NCBI GenBank assembly: GCA_002633005.1
Contig: NMRA01000306.1
Span: 291,866-355,865, forward strand
DNA length: 64,000 nucleotides
Source: Phoronis australis
Taxonomy: Eukaryota > Animalia > Phoronida
Direction of reading: 5' to 3'
The notes under the pieces were generated by a model. The model had not been told where the DNA came from. It saw only the letters and a list, made by a program, of their open reading frames with translations, and did no database searches. A program made the translations under genes and the position numbers. Shown here piece by piece: positions 1 to 12,861 of the stretch (position 1 is its first letter; the number at the start of each line of letters is the position of its first letter).

Positions 1-210
1 AGCAATAGACAAGAATACTAAGGAGCAATTCATGAAGCAAAAGAGATAAATTTATTTTCCGATAAACTGGTATTGGTCTGAAATGTATCCTGCTTCTACT
101 TGGTGTCTGCATTGTTATCAGAATTCCCCTGCAATTTAGCACTTTTGCCCGTCAGTTGTCCTTCAGATCTTAGTTGGTAATGTGATGTACGTCAATTTTT
201 AAAGGCCAAT

Positions 211-459
211 GGCCCGTTCCAAGAAATTGATTTAAGTTTATTTTTGACTTAAGTTTAAAATTTGTCTCAACTTCCAAATTTAAAACTTCCACATCCGTTT
301 AGTTAGTCGAACTTAAGACAAAACTTAAGTAAAAAAACTTACGTCAAGCTTAAGGTCACGTTCTTGGAACAGACTTAAGGCACATTGAATTTTCATCTTA
401 AAATTTGACTGAGATTTACGATTTGTCTTAGCTAAGTTAGTTTTCTTGGAACGGGGACC
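211..459. mobile_element. MITE with terminal inverted repeats
   Basis: cccgttccaagaaa (213-226) is the exact reverse complement of 442-455; interior is full of aacttaag/ttaagtt motifs. Confidence 0.65.
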
Positions 460-1045
460 TGGATCACAATCACCTGTACAATTATTGATGTAGGTTATAG
501 TCAATAAAAAGACATGTTGGTAGAATGCATCATTTGTAAACGCAGGTACACGTTTAGATGGAGCATTTTGATGTAAAAACAATACTGTATTTGCCAGCAT
601 GCGAATCAGCTATCGTACCGCCATAAGGTTGGCCTCCATCGGACCATAATCGGATAAAAAGTTGTTTTTGAACTGGGCAAAAACTGAAAAACCGTTGCTA
701 AAGCCTAAGGTGGAACTGATAGTGATACCGTTTGTAATTGCAACTGAATTTGATATCTCACTGAATTTCTGTACACATGTATCCTTCTCATAACAACCTT
801 ATACATGTACATGTACTTCTTGCGAAGAATGCGATGGGCAGTCAGTTTTCGGGGAAAGAAGTGTGATTAGTGATGATGCTGGTAGTTTACTTACGAACTA
901 CATGCGTAGGAGTTAAATAAAGCGGTATCAAGTTTGACATGACTTTAAACTTGAACGCATGAGTTTTACATGTAACTAGTTTTAGATGAAAAAGTATTCA
1001 ATTCTTTGATTCTCGGACATCAGTAAGTTGGCTTATCTTTTCTAG

Positions 1046-1156
1046 GGACGATTCGATGGACATAACCAGTATGTGACGTCACTGATTATCTCCCTCTCCC
1101 TCGACGCACAAAAATTTCATTGTATTCCCGACGAAAGCTCGGGTTCGTGTAAAGTG
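1046..1156 (+). CDS. Exon, middle of F5/8 type C (discoidin) domain 1
   Basis: tttctag|GRFDGHNQYVTSLIISLSLDAQKFHCIPDESSGSCKV|gtaagc; matches the discoidin QGR...YVTSY.I.YS.DG motif. Confidence 0.85.
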
Positions 1157-4100
1157 GTAAGCATGCCAGGTCATACGTGAGCAGTACTGAAGATACAGGT
1201 GTGGATTAAAAATGAGAGGTTCACCTGTGCTGGGGGTCAACTCTATTCAAAATCAAATTCAGAATTATGAAATTTCTTGTTTTGATTGGATGTGAACTCA
1301 AGATATCTGTCCATCATTCTGCGCTTTAGTGTAGTACGGTTTAGTAGATGACCCAAGGTTCGATCCACAAAAGGGAGTAAAAACTCAAGATTTCGAGCAA
1401 AATCTCGAGGTTTCGGAGTTCACACGCGAGGTTTCAAGTTCAGAGTCGAACTTATGGCGTCAGTGTTGTCTCATCAAGTGCAAACTGGGATTTGGAAGTC
1501 TTCCACTTAAACCATACTGCACTCGAGCACAGGCTAACAAAATTTATCTTGAAATAGTACAACGTAGAGTGGAAAATGTCCAAATTATTTTGAAATCGAA
1601 TCCCAAAGGAAACATTAGACCCGAGGCCTGTTTCATGAAAAGTGACCTAAGACCTAAAGTCGAACTAGCACACTAATTCCTTATCCCTGTGATTGCTTGC
1701 TCAAATTAGTTGGAAACACATTACATTTGGCGAGGGAAGTAGGTTGAGAATTGCCAAACGTTTTTACGAACGAGTTTTGAGTCGAAAATCATCCGCCGTA
1801 AATCACTCAACCATATACAGTAAGTATCGTGACGTGGTCTTGGGGAATAATACTGCATGGTGCGGTCTATGTGGGCCCCCAAGGTACATCATTAGTGCAA
1901 AGGTCACCTATTTGTTGTCAATGAACACAACTGCACTTTGTTTAGCGTAGATGATGTTCAAACAGCATATTCGTTTAGTTCCTACTATACATTAATATTA
2001 GTTAGGAGCATGCAAATACATCCTTTAAGACACAAAGTTGGTCTTTCGCTCCGCATAACGATTTCTGAAAAATAATTAAATTTCACATATTACTGCTAGT
2101 GATGAAATATATTTTATAAATTATTTCTAGATCATAATTACTTGGGTAACTTTGTGCAGCAGTTGTGAATTGGCAGCCTAAGACTGAATGTCTGTCTTAA
2201 GTGTTAGCCACTTTTTGAAACGAACCCCAGATCTATTCAGTAACCTGTGCATCAGTTTGGCCTACACCGTGTTATATCGTCGCTTGTGTCACATATAATA
2301 TACGCCATATCTCATCATATACCATTTGCATTAAAGCATGCTTTATATCTTATATTGTCGTCTATTTGAGCTTGCGGGCACATATTCTCAACATGCGGGG
2401 AAAATTAATTGGAGTTTTCGAAAATCTTTGTATCTTTTTTCAAAATGTCGTTACTCACACACTCATCCAAGTGCAAACTTTCTTAAATGCGCTGTCTGAA
2501 TTCATGAGCTTTTGTTTAAGTCATATTTCGACACCACCTTTATTGCCGTTCAGACGAAAGCTAATTCTTTCACAATAGAAAACGGTTGGGAAATTCTCTT
2601 TGTCAGACAATAGAATTTGTGAAGATAATTTGTGGTGCTTGCGAATGTAAATGTTTCAGCCACTTGTTAAGTTTGTTACTGACTTTATAATTATCAGTTT
2701 GAAGGCAGCAAAGACCCATACCTGGCAGTTGACCAAGTGTTTAGCCCTCGTAGAGCACGATATGTACGCATAACACCTGTTGGATACAACAACTTTAAGT
2801 CAATGAGATTTGAAGTATTTGCAGTTCCGCAAGGTATGTACTTTGCTCTCATCAGTTAGCTTAAATTTATTAGTTGTTTTTATTCGACATAAATAAAATG
2901 TTAACCTAAAAGGATACTTGAGACGGTTTTTGACTGCCAACGGATGTAAGCGCTGACTTCGCACTTAAACTTTGAAAAAATAATGGTCTTTACGTTTTCA
3001 ATTGTTCGATTAAAGTTCGTTCAACGTTAAAGCTATGGCCATTTAGTTGTGTCAGCAGTGAATCACATAATCATTTTAATGCACACCTGTATTGTGCACT
3101 TGCAGGTGTACCTGAGGTCCTCCCTGCGACTTTAAACGATCTTCCCATCGCACAATTTTCAGCCACTAGACAGTGGCAAGGTGCAACGTCGGCTCACCAC
3201 GCCAAATTTGACACAAAACTAAGTACTACCGCCTGGTGTGCTCACCCAACGGACAATAATGACTATCTGCAAGTTGACTTGGGCAGAGAAATGCTAATTA
3301 AGAAAACAAGGACACTGGTAAGTACAGTCTGGTATCTTTTAACCTCCGCCTCAGACTACAGGACAGACAGTCCTGGGTTAGTGTACTTAGTTTTTAGCTT
3401 CACGAAGAGCCATTATGTTGATTCATTGACGAGTTTGCTATTTCTATATGCCTAGACTTGGCAAGAAAACCGGCATTCCAACAATTAAGTTTTCTAGATC
3501 AGGATTTGCGTTGTCTTCGATTCAAATTTCAATAAACTCTTACGGAAAAAGTTTTGGATGATGCCATGAGTCCTGTGATGTGAGGTCGTTTTTCATTTCG
3601 TGAATCTTGAACAAGATTATAAGCACATATATCTTCAAAACAGTGCATTTTCTGATTTCAGGGTTATCATGGAGCCAATTATTTCGTTACTGCCATGGAA
3701 ATCCATCTGTCTGTTGATGGCTCGTCCTTTTCCTGTGTAACTGAGATCGGATCTTCCACGTGTAAAGTGGTAAGAAACCTGCTCGTTTCAGTGTCCAACT
3801 ATGGTGCATTCGAGTTGTAGTTGTGCGCAATAGGTAACGCGCACTTCATTTAGCATAGATTATAAACAAATGGATGAGTTTGCGCAATATTCCAGTGAAT
3901 CGTGTCGCAACTATGAAAATTTCCTTCGGTGACCCGCATTGAGTGGAGCAAATGTCCAAGCAATTATTCAAAACAACACCTACATGTATGAAAACCATAT
4001 AAGTGTAAATCGCCAGTATTGTGTTCGGTCTGAATAGTGGTCAGATATTGCTGCTCCTTTTTCCGTGGTTTATGGTTCAATAAAAAATGACGAGGCGTTG

Positions 4101-7100
4101 CGTTTGTGGTAGCTGTTACAATTAGAATTAGACCACACTTGTGTTTCCACTTTCCTGCGGGACACCAGAGAGCTGCGAATGTGGCACAAGGTCTTACAAA
4201 AACGTGGACGTGGCGCAATGGCGATGGGCACGTTCACACGTTACACTCATATCCGTGGACCTAGTGATAAACTATCAGTTGAAGTCGCTTTTCTTCGATT
4301 TTCTCGTTTTTGGAGTATTGAATTTACGATTGTGATATTCCGTGCTATGATACTGGCACAGTGCCCACTTGCAAAAAGGTAAATGGTGTGGTTCTTAAAG
4401 CACTTCGGTTCATATCTAATTGAACTAGTTTAAGGCTAGATCGTTTCACCTAAATTGATATCTTGCTTGCAGTTTACAGGAAATCCATCTACTAATGTGG
4501 CTGCTGATCAAGAATTACCCGCAGCACAACATGCACGTTTTGTGCGGGTAAAGCCCACTCATTACAGTGGACTCAAGTGTCTCAGACTTGAGGTCTACGT
4601 CTACCATACCGGTTGGTTCTCTGACTCATTTGTATTTCCTCCTAATTCGTTTGTTCTATGTTGTGCTAATGTTTACATGTAGGTAATCAATGTTTCTTAT
4701 TTGTGTCATCTTTTTAATACTCCATGCTAATTATTGGAAGTTCAGTATCTTATAAATGTTGGACTGTGACTAAAACTGCCTTTGTCGGGGCATTTTTAAT
4801 ACATTCTTATAAACAAATATGTCCATACCGTAATTTGTAACCGTCGAAAATCGTTTGACATCAGATGGACCAGTTGTTAAACACAGCCGTAAACTGGCAT
4901 ACACTTCACTTTCTTCCTAGATCACCACAGCCTGGTGTACGGAGGATGGACACAGTGGAGCGCGTGGTCGTCATGCCAGTGTTCTAATGCAAGGACACGT
5001 AGCCGGAAGTGCACCGACCCGCCACCTAGTCGTGATCGTTACTGCCTTGGAGCTGCCACTGAATCGTTCCCCTGTGGTGAATGTATGTTTCTTGCTCACC
5101 AGTGCCCATGATTCAATCTCGGAACTCAGAATAGGCCCAGGCTCAGACTCAAAACTTAACCAATCACGCCGAATTATACGAATTCAAATTTGTAGTTTAC
5201 CGGACGCAAGCCATTCCATTGATCAAATTTCGAATCTATTGTTGAACGGAGAGGTTAAACCCCGGGCCCAGGAAGAAAACTTCTTATTCAACATGTATTT
5301 GGTCATTGATTCAGGGTGACCTATATTGATTCTTGTTTTTCACACAGTATATCGCAGGTCTTCGTTTTTTATGTTTCAAAGGTACATGTAAGTGGGTTCG
5401 ATATTTCGGTGTCTGCAAAAGGGCTTCATCTCACAACATTAAAGTTAAGTTTTAGACTGTGCATCAATAAATTGAAGAACACGTCATTCGGGCGAGAGAA
5501 CTATTATTTGTCCCAACAGATTATAATAACAAGGCATATTCACCAATAGGAACGTTACCAGCATGGACCGTTCAAATTTCCTCTTGAAACCATAGCCATT
5601 TGTGGTCCCAACCCTCAAAAACAATATAGCAACTCCGAAGGTATTGTGTAATTTTGAAAGTGGCTATTCTAATATTGACTGAAGAAAATATGACTTTAGA
5701 GATACATTAGTGTGCGCGTGTACGGTGTTCAATGATTTTTTCGTCACTGTACTTTCAAATGACAAACCATTGTATGTACATATATCATAACTCTTTGTCT
5801 TGATATACCTCACTTAAGGTTCTGTAGGTCCTTAATATCAAGTCTGTACATCTACACAAATATCTACAAAACTATAGAACTTAACTTATGAAAACTATAT
5901 TTATTTTCTGAAAGTAAAAATTCCGTAGAACTCGACATTTGTGCTAAGAAGTAGGAAACGTTACCGAATTTTTATAGAAAAAATTAGGTACATGGTCCAA
6001 TTTTATACGATAAGAAAGTTTAAGGAGAAATCTCAAACCACTGTCACATTTTTCTAAGTTATTGTTTTGTTTTTGTTATATGACAATCATATATAGATAT
6101 ATATATATACATATACATATATGTATATATATATATATATATTCATTCAATAACAGTTCATTTTTGATAGACCATCGTGCAAATATGGAACTTTTGAAAA
6201 AATTCTTAACAGTATTTAGGAGAATAGAGCACACAGCATGATATGCGGAAGTTTTATATTAACCTGATACAAAGCATAACATCCAAAAGTTTTGTAGTAA
6301 CCTGATAAATCATTTCTGAGATACTGTGATCCAAAGCACGACCAAATTGAATATTTTCTAAGGTCCTACATAACCTTATCCTCTAAACGTTCTTTTCCTA
6401 GCTGACCAAGATTACTGCCCAACTGTGGAAAGGGTGGAATACGTCCCTAATGGTAAGTGAAACGCTATTTAAGACAATGCATACCTTATTACTCTTTACA
6501 TATCCGTGCACATTACAATCACAAAAACCTTCTTTCAAACCTCTGTATGCTATGACAAAAAGTAGTCCCTTCTTGCAACATACTGTTGAGCACTGACAGG
6601 AAATACGAGTATTAAAGGGGCACGAGGGGGAGGTTGTTCAGGCCTTCCACGACTTGTCTGCTTTATATTGTACTCTTGCTATATCTTAATTCATTCTGAT
6701 TTTAGAAAGTAATTGCTACTGTGGCAACGGGAATTTTTGATGAGACAAATTTATTTGCTTATGTGAAGATTTCTATTTGGTGTATCTCAATTTAAGGATC
6801 ATGCCTGTTGAAAAGAAAAGTTCTTAGTCCTTAAAAGTAAACGGAAGTCTGACAAACGGATTGGTCTAAAATGTTCATTCCATGGGAGCAATCGAGAGAC
6901 CCCCAACGATCTGTGTAAAGCAGTCAAATATTGGAAACATGGATCAATCCTGCCATAATGTATGACTTTCGACACTCATTCTTAATTGCCAATGCCTGAA
7001 GGGTCTGTTTGGGGATGATGGAACTCGTTTCTGCGGCGCCATGGGATGGCAAGATTGCGGCATGTTTCACATGTAGAACTAACTTCGTTTATGATATATA

Positions 7101-9370
7101 GTTATGCTAACTAGTATGAAAGAAAATGCCTGTACAAATTAATTAAAAATTCATAACATGAAGGCTACAGATCAGAGATTCTTACATGCCAATTTTGCCT
7201 GACGAAATTCATATAAGATCTTAACTGATTATTACAGACGTGCGATCAACCCTTGAGACGCCGAACCAATACAAGTATCACCAATTCGAGAACGTGGACT
7301 TAAGTCGCTCTACATTTGTACGATTTCAAGTTAAAGGTGAAATATGGAAGTTTTCTGCTCAGCGATTACTCCATCGTTTATGTTAAAATCCTTATTGTAT
7401 GCGAACGTTTTTGAACTTCAAACAGAACATTATTGTGATTGTATTATTAGGGCTATTGAAATTCTTATGAACTGTTTTTTGTATGCCGTTGGTACACATT
7501 TTCTATTCCCGCGATCGATATGTTAATTAATTTATCGCTGCCAGCCATTGGAACCTCAATTTTCTTGACATTTTGTAAACTCACGATTACCCTGGCCCCT
7601 CTCATCTTAAATTCACTCTTAGATGAGGACATGCAGGTTACACATCATCTACGGGATTGTTTCTCATACACCTGTATGACACAAGGATTTGTCGGTTACC
7701 AGTCGTTTTATCACAATTTCAAGATAGCGCTGGAAACTAACTTGATTGGTTCTATTTCACCGAGTTGCTTCTCAGTGCGACTTTGAGAACGACTCCAAAC
7801 CGTTTGGGATCCTATTAGGTATTTTTTGAGCTAGGCACACCGCCCATTTCATCAAACTCAGTTCCTCAGTTCGTACGCCATTAATGAGAACAATGACTGG
7901 ACTGCGAAAGGGGCGCTATATGAAAATGGGATTGATTATTGTGACAGCCCCATTCTCTTAGCCCCTGGGCTAGTTTAAATTAAGCTCTTTACACATTCCC
8001 TTTTCTCACATACGGCTTCATATACGACTTTTAGGTCACAATTCACAGAGTTTGAATAGTGGTAAACGAATTATTGTAGAATTGATGCTGTTTTGGGAGC
8101 CTTGCGACTTTCACGGATCGCCACAGTGCCAGTTTAGTTGGTGCGTCACCATTTCAGTATTCAACGGACAGTGTCATAAGCGATCTTCTAATCGAAAAAA
8201 TTGAGCAAAATCGGTCACGCTCTGTTTCTCTTGCTAAAAAGTCGAATGGGAACGCCTGTCTACACATCCCAATTAGTCATGCAGGATTGCGACGTAGGCG
8301 AAAACCGAAGAGTGCAGACAGGGCTTTAGGTGTCGCTAACTTAGCCATGAATGACCTAGAAATACTGTTGTCTCTTTAAGCATGCAACGACGCTCATGTT
8401 AAGTTGACACGGACCACTGACGCGAGCAAAGCGAGTGACACTAATGCCTACGAGGTTTTGCTTGGCGGCTGGGCCAATAGCAAGACAGTAATCCGAAAGG
8501 TGCAGATGACGACTCCCGTTGTGACGGTGAATACACCCGGCGTCGTGAATTGCAACGCCTTCCTAAAGTTCTGGATATCATGGAACGGCGATGTTATCCA
8601 GGTGATATACTAAGGACTTTCGACTTATATCCACGATCTGTTACCAAAGTTATGCAGTTGTTGTCCGAACATTACAGCACTGAACATCCAGGAAAAAACG
8701 AACACAACAATGGTTTCAATTGCATGGTATCGTGTATAGCATCACGCAATTAATGGAGATGCGAAATCGCAAACCATTTGAAATGAATGAAGAAAAACTA
8801 AAAGTGTAACGAGATTTTCAGAAACTGTTTGGTGGAACCAAAGAGCAAGCTAACTTTTGTCCTCCACCGTAAAGTCGGAATATGGTCTGATTGCTACAGA
8901 TTTGACAGCCCTTTGAAATACATGTAGGTTCCAAGCACACGAAGTCTGGAGTTGATCAAATTCAATATTCATTTGGAAGAAATGCCGTGGTACTTTCTTT
9001 CTCCTTCTACTTTTGGTATACTGTCGTTTTCAAATAAAGTTGATGAAATTTCTTTCATCTGCTGAATTTTGCAGTAAAATTCTCCAGCAGATTTTCAAAA
9101 GTGTGCGTTTTTTTAGTTTTCATGTACCTTTCTGCCTTGACGAAGCAAGACGAATTTTGACGAAGTTTGCCCACAATTTCTTGAAGACAAGCGTCGCCTA
9201 CCAGGTCATCCGTTTTAATAATGGTTTATTTTCCAAGGTTGGATCTGGCGACATTATCTACGACAATCCAATCGCGTCGTGGTCCGATCCCAGCGCTTTT
9301 CCCGTAAGCGGTATTGCCGTCAGCACTGGTTGGGGCGCTACAGGAACTTGGGAATTATTCATTCCAGGAG
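1046..9370 (+). CDS. Block A (5'-partial, 10 exons, ~457 codons): extracellular mosaic protein F5/8C(partial)-F5/8C-TSP1-Methyltransf_FA-like domain
   Basis: Exons 1046-1156, 2698-2833, 3106-3317, 3662-3769, 4473-4611, 4921-5082, 6402-6452, 7238-7336, 8381-8601, 9238-9370 have AG/GT boundaries and join in one open frame. Confidence 0.85.
2698..2833 (+). CDS. Exon, C-terminal part of F5/8C domain 1
   Basis: atcag|FEGSKDPYLAVDQVFSPRRARYVRITPVGYNNFKSMRFEVFAVPQ|gtatgt; ARYVRI.P and MRFEV motifs. Confidence 0.9.
3106..3317 (+). CDS. Exon, N-terminal part of F5/8C domain 2
   Basis: tgcag|...QFSATRQWQG...AWCAHPTDNNDYLQVDLGREMLIKKTRTL|gtaagt; AWC and YLQVDLG motifs. Confidence 0.9.
3662..3769 (+). 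CDS. Exon, middle of F5/8C domain 2
   Basis: tttcag|GYHGANYFVTAMEIHLSVDGSSFSCVTEIGSSTCKV|gtaaga. Confidence 0.88.
4473..4611 (+). CDS. Exon, C-terminal part of F5/8C domain 2
   Basis: tgcag|FTGNPSTNVAADQELPAAQHARFVRVKPTHYSGLKCLRLEVYVYHT|gttggt. Confidence 0.88.
4921..5082 (+). CDS. Exon, thrombospondin type-1 repeat (short variant)
   Basis: cctag|HHSLVYGGWTQWSAWSSCQCSNARTRSRKCTDPPPSRDRYCLGAATESFPCGE|gtatgt; WxxWxxW and RxRxRxC motifs. Confidence 0.9.
5818..6375. mobile_element. Non-autonomous DNA transposon, Kolobok-like
   Basis: TIR GGTTCTGTAGGTCCTTA vs GGTTATGTAGGACCTTA (15/17); flanked by TTAA on the left and TTAT on the right. Confidence 0.7.
6088..6142. repeat. Imperfect (TA)n microsatellite
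   Basis: Direct reading. Confidence 0.9.
6402..6452 (+). CDS. 51-nt linker exon (DQDYCPTVERVEYVPN)
   Basis: ttttcctag acceptor, gtaagt donor, phase 1-1; would supply the sixth Cys of the preceding TSP1. Confidence 0.7.
7238..7336 (+). CDS. Exon, start of Methyltransf_FA-like domain
   Basis: ttacag|VRSTLETPNQYKYHQFENVDLSRSTFVRFQVK|gtgaaa; joins the next exon to give FQVKACNDAH. Confidence 0.82.
8381..8601 (+). CDS. Exon, core of farnesoic acid O-methyltransferase-like (Methyltransf_FA) domain
   Basis: ACNDAHVKL...YEVLLGGWANSKTVIRK...TPGVVNCNAFLKFWISWNGDVIQ; DAH, YEV.LGGW.N.K.VIR and FWISW are hallmarks of this family. Confidence 0.9.
9238..9370 (+). CDS. Exon, end of Methyltransf_FA-like domain
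   Basis: ttccaag|VGSGDIIYDNPIASWSDPSAFPVSGIAVSTGWGATGTWELFIPG|gtaggt; W.DP.. and TGWGATG.W motifs. Confidence 0.9.
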
Positions 9371-9843
9371 GTAGGTTTGTAGTTAGCTCGAAAGAAACAA
9401 ATGGTACATGTCTTTTCCAGAGTTTGTCATTGTTTTCATTTGTTACGAAAACCTAGAAATGTGTGCACCAGCTGCACTTGTTATAATATCCCTGCGTATG
9501 CCAAATCAGCCAAGTGAACGATCCAGAATATGGGATTTTTTCCTAATGACGACTTCCCGTTCACAAACCAGTCAGAAACCGTTGCCTGCTTATCCAGGGA
9601 GTCAAACAAGTATATCCAGCGCATGAGCAAAAACTCATAATTAAACACATTGACTATTTCATTAGCAATTAAGGATCCCTCGTTTGTCGTGTGATTTTGC
9701 GAGGTCGTTGTCAGAAGAAAAATTGATTAAGTAATTAGTAAGAATAGATCCATTTTAAGTTACCCAAAATTTGTGCATATGTACTTTTAAATCATGGGGT
9801 CAGTCTTGTTGACATGTACTTTAACGTCAAAATCTATTTTTAG

Positions 9844-9917
9844 ACGGTGTTTACAACTTTGGGTTCTGGGGTCAAAGTACTCTCGAGATTCTTGAATATT
9901 CTGAGAACAAATTGTAA
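9844..9917 (+). CDS. Candidate terminal exon of block A (DGVYNFGFWGQSTLEILEYSENKL*)
   Basis: Good acceptor (ctatttttag), phase-compatible with the 9370 donor; the stop lies in the first bases of the putative LTR. No other support. Confidence 0.3.
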
Positions 9918-10642
9918 GAGCCAATAATATGAGTGTATATGATCATGTGGTTTTTATTAGCCAATCACTAAATAAGTGGAATGTTATATTATGGGCTGAA
10001 ATCAACAAGATAGTTAGATGCGCTAAAGTAGTCGAAGCATAAAGACTTGCTACAGTGTACAGAGGCAATTGTACAACAGAGCCATCTCGTGGAAGATTCT
10101 AGAAAGGATCTTGGCAAGGGCAAGGGTTAATGAACTGGAAGTTAACTAAGAGCTTGTCACTTGCATCGTGGGTAGTAAGATACTACCTGAAGTGTTGCGT
10201 CATCAGCCAGAGACTGTGACCAGCAAGAAGAATCGCAGGTAGAAGAAATTGCCTGCAAGTGTTGCATTACCAGAGACGGTGACCAACAAATACACTGTCG
10301 CTATACAGTGTGTGTGTAGTTCGAAGATTCACCAACAGGACAGACATCCAACAAGTGGAGAGTCCTAGCTTGGATAGCAGATAAGACATTTGATTATTTG
10401 GGTTGATTGATTAAAGTAATCTTTAAAGAGGGCGCTAGTGTAGCTACTTTTCTTTGTAGTTGATTACTTAATTAACAACAGGTTTCACTTGTCTAATTAG
10501 AGGTTATCATATACATATAATAAATTAATTACTGGATTTGATTATTCACTCTCTATGTACGCACAATCTCAATCATAGCTACCTTTTAAACAAACCCACA
10601 GTCAATCGTCTGACACTCGTCGACTATGTTCTTCTCTTGACA
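9913..10642 (+). mobile_element. Probable solo LTR
   Basis: TGTAAGAG...CTCTTGACA (TG..CA with short inverted termini), AATAAA ~120 bp before the end, internal direct repeat at 10187-10289; TSD imperfect (caaat/agaat). Confidence 0.45.
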
Positions 10643-10757
10643 AGAATCACTTGCGAAAATAACGCATTTATTTTAATGTCAGATAATCATTTCCTTTGTT
10701 TAATTCTAAGTCGAACAGATTATAAACACGGAACTAATGAAGCTGCTGTGACATACC

Positions 10758-10813
10758 TTGTCGCACTCGACCCATATTGTCGTTAGGGCGACAATATGGG
10801 TCGAGTGCGACAA
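10758..10813. repeat. Perfect 25-bp inverted repeat with 6-nt loop
   Basis: ttgtcgcactcgacccatattgtcg-ttaggg-cgacaatatgggtcgagtgcgacaa; related motifs at 11290-11340 and 11415-11455. Confidence 0.9.
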
Positions 10814-12833
10814 TACGTGTCAGGTGCCACAATATGTACAATAAACAGTTTCACATTTTGTCCCGGTCTCCAGTGTGTTGAAAGGAAGATTGCTTATCAC
10901 CTTTTTTCTCACTAAGGCAGAATCATTGCTGTAGAGTCACACAGGAACTCGTAAAAAAGCAAGTTTGTATCAAGTCCATCAGGGAAAGAAAGATTCGGGA
11001 CTGGACGATTGATATTAATGCTAACAACTCTTGATACAGATCTAGTTTGCGCTATCGTTAGTTTTGCAGATATTATTAACGTTTGGGATAAAAATTGTGT
11101 TTTACTACATCTAAACTGTCGGTAGCCCCCATTCGAGCTCTGGGTCCTCATTCAGACCCCTGAAACATCCACCTCGTCTCCCAGGAGAATCCTTGTTCAA
11201 AGTTGGGATTTTCCAATACTTTCTCCTAGGTCTACATGCAGACTCTAATGCCATCATGACGGGACAGCATACAGTATATGGTCGAACTCTACACATATTG
11301 TCCCCCCGAGGGTCCATATACGCCAAGTACGACAATACATGCAGTGAACGCCAACAAGTCAATGTTAACGGCACAATCATGCTATCGACCTCGGTTTACA
11401 TTGTCACCTGGGCATGTGCGACAATATGTGTTGAATATTACAATATATGTCACAACAGAGGGCAACTTTGCCGATCTGTTGCAAAGCGGTGCAATCAGTG
11501 TTTTAGTCGCGATGATCCGTGGTACACCGTAGTGCGCTACAGAGTTTTAAACATTGCAGTTGTGGTAATTCTCCGATGTCATATTCACTGCGAACAGTCA
11601 TTGTGTGACGTCCTCCCAAATTGGTGTACTCATCTTGGAGACCCTTTCACACATTGCCTGCGCAGGCGGCGGTTCGCAGCACCGCAACAATTTGCCAATC
11701 CTCGCCAAAGAACGTGTAAAACATGGTATACAATCCGCAGTCGTTCATTATGAATCTGCAATGAGTGGAAATGATTGCTGGCAATGACCAACAAAATGCA
11801 CATTATAATTTTTGGTGGCGATCTTTCGGATTGTGCACAACTGCATTCAACGTGTAGATCGCCAGCCTTCTTGTGGGGATGGGATATCCGTGATAGCGAT
11901 GTATTACACCACCCTCTATTGGCAACGTGACGGAGCAGGTGACTTCCACTAACAAGCGTGAAAGCAGAATCCTTGCGAGATTTAAGGAAGTTGGGGGGTT
12001 AATTGCACCGGGCCCCCCTCTTGGTGTGACCCCCCTTGTAGTGGTCCCCCTCTTGGAGTGGTCCTCCTTCTTGGATTCCCTTTAGTATGAATAGATGTGT
12101 ACTGACAAAGGGAAAATGTGATGACATATTCTAACGCTGGGTCTCCCTTTTCCACGTTTTTGAAAGTGGTTGATTACATGATGGGCTCCCTCCGAGAACG
12201 GACCCTTCCAATGAAGAAATCTTGAATTTAACAAACACTAAAAGAGTTACACATGTTGCATCCTGGAGAGGACGCCCGGTTAATAGTAGAAGATTAACTA
12301 CAATTACAAAAAATGGAAAGAGGGACAATTGATTACAATATCAGGTCTTTCCTCCATAATGGGCTCTTACCAGCTGTATCGTTTCATAAAACCTGGAAAA
12401 AGTAGCAGTCTGGGCCTTCATTAAGGAACTCCTACAATATCACGCTTTCTTAAAATAAGAGTATATAATTTCAGTAACAACAGAAAAGCGTCAGTTGATG
12501 ATCGGGGGGAGCTTTTAATAAGAAAGGATCACTCGTTTCAAAACAGATTAACACTACAGCATTTGATGTTATCACCGAATGCCCTCTCCGACAGGGAGCC
12601 CAAAACACCTCTTGAAATTTTGCCGGGAGGCTTGCGCGTGTCAAATTTCCGAGTGCGTGTAGACAACACATGTTCCATTTTTCAAAAAAATATGAGCGGC
12701 TGTTGACTGCTGTTTGCGTGTGCTGGGATAAGCATCTCAGACCTAGAGTTCTATGGCACAAACTTATTGCCCCCACCCCAAACTGTGAATACAATTATTT
12801 GTGTGAGAATGGTGCAGCTGGCGCACGCAACTC

Positions 12834-12861
12834 ATGGTGACCCTTTTAGCGTGCATTTGCG
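12834..12861 (+). CDS. Candidate first coding exon (MVTLLACIC), signal-peptide-like
   Basis: ATG preceded by an in-frame TGA at 12804, hydrophobic residues, strong gtgagt donor in phase 1 matching the 13164 acceptor. Confidence 0.55.

Noticed and set aside
1327-1367. tRNA or tRNA-SINE head (A-box-like tagtgtagtacgg, B-box ggttcgatcc)
   Set aside because: No cloverleaf can be folded and there is no second copy in the window.
11193-11753. 186-aa plus-strand ORF
   Set aside because: No domain motif or splice support; it crosses a palindromic repeat fragment.
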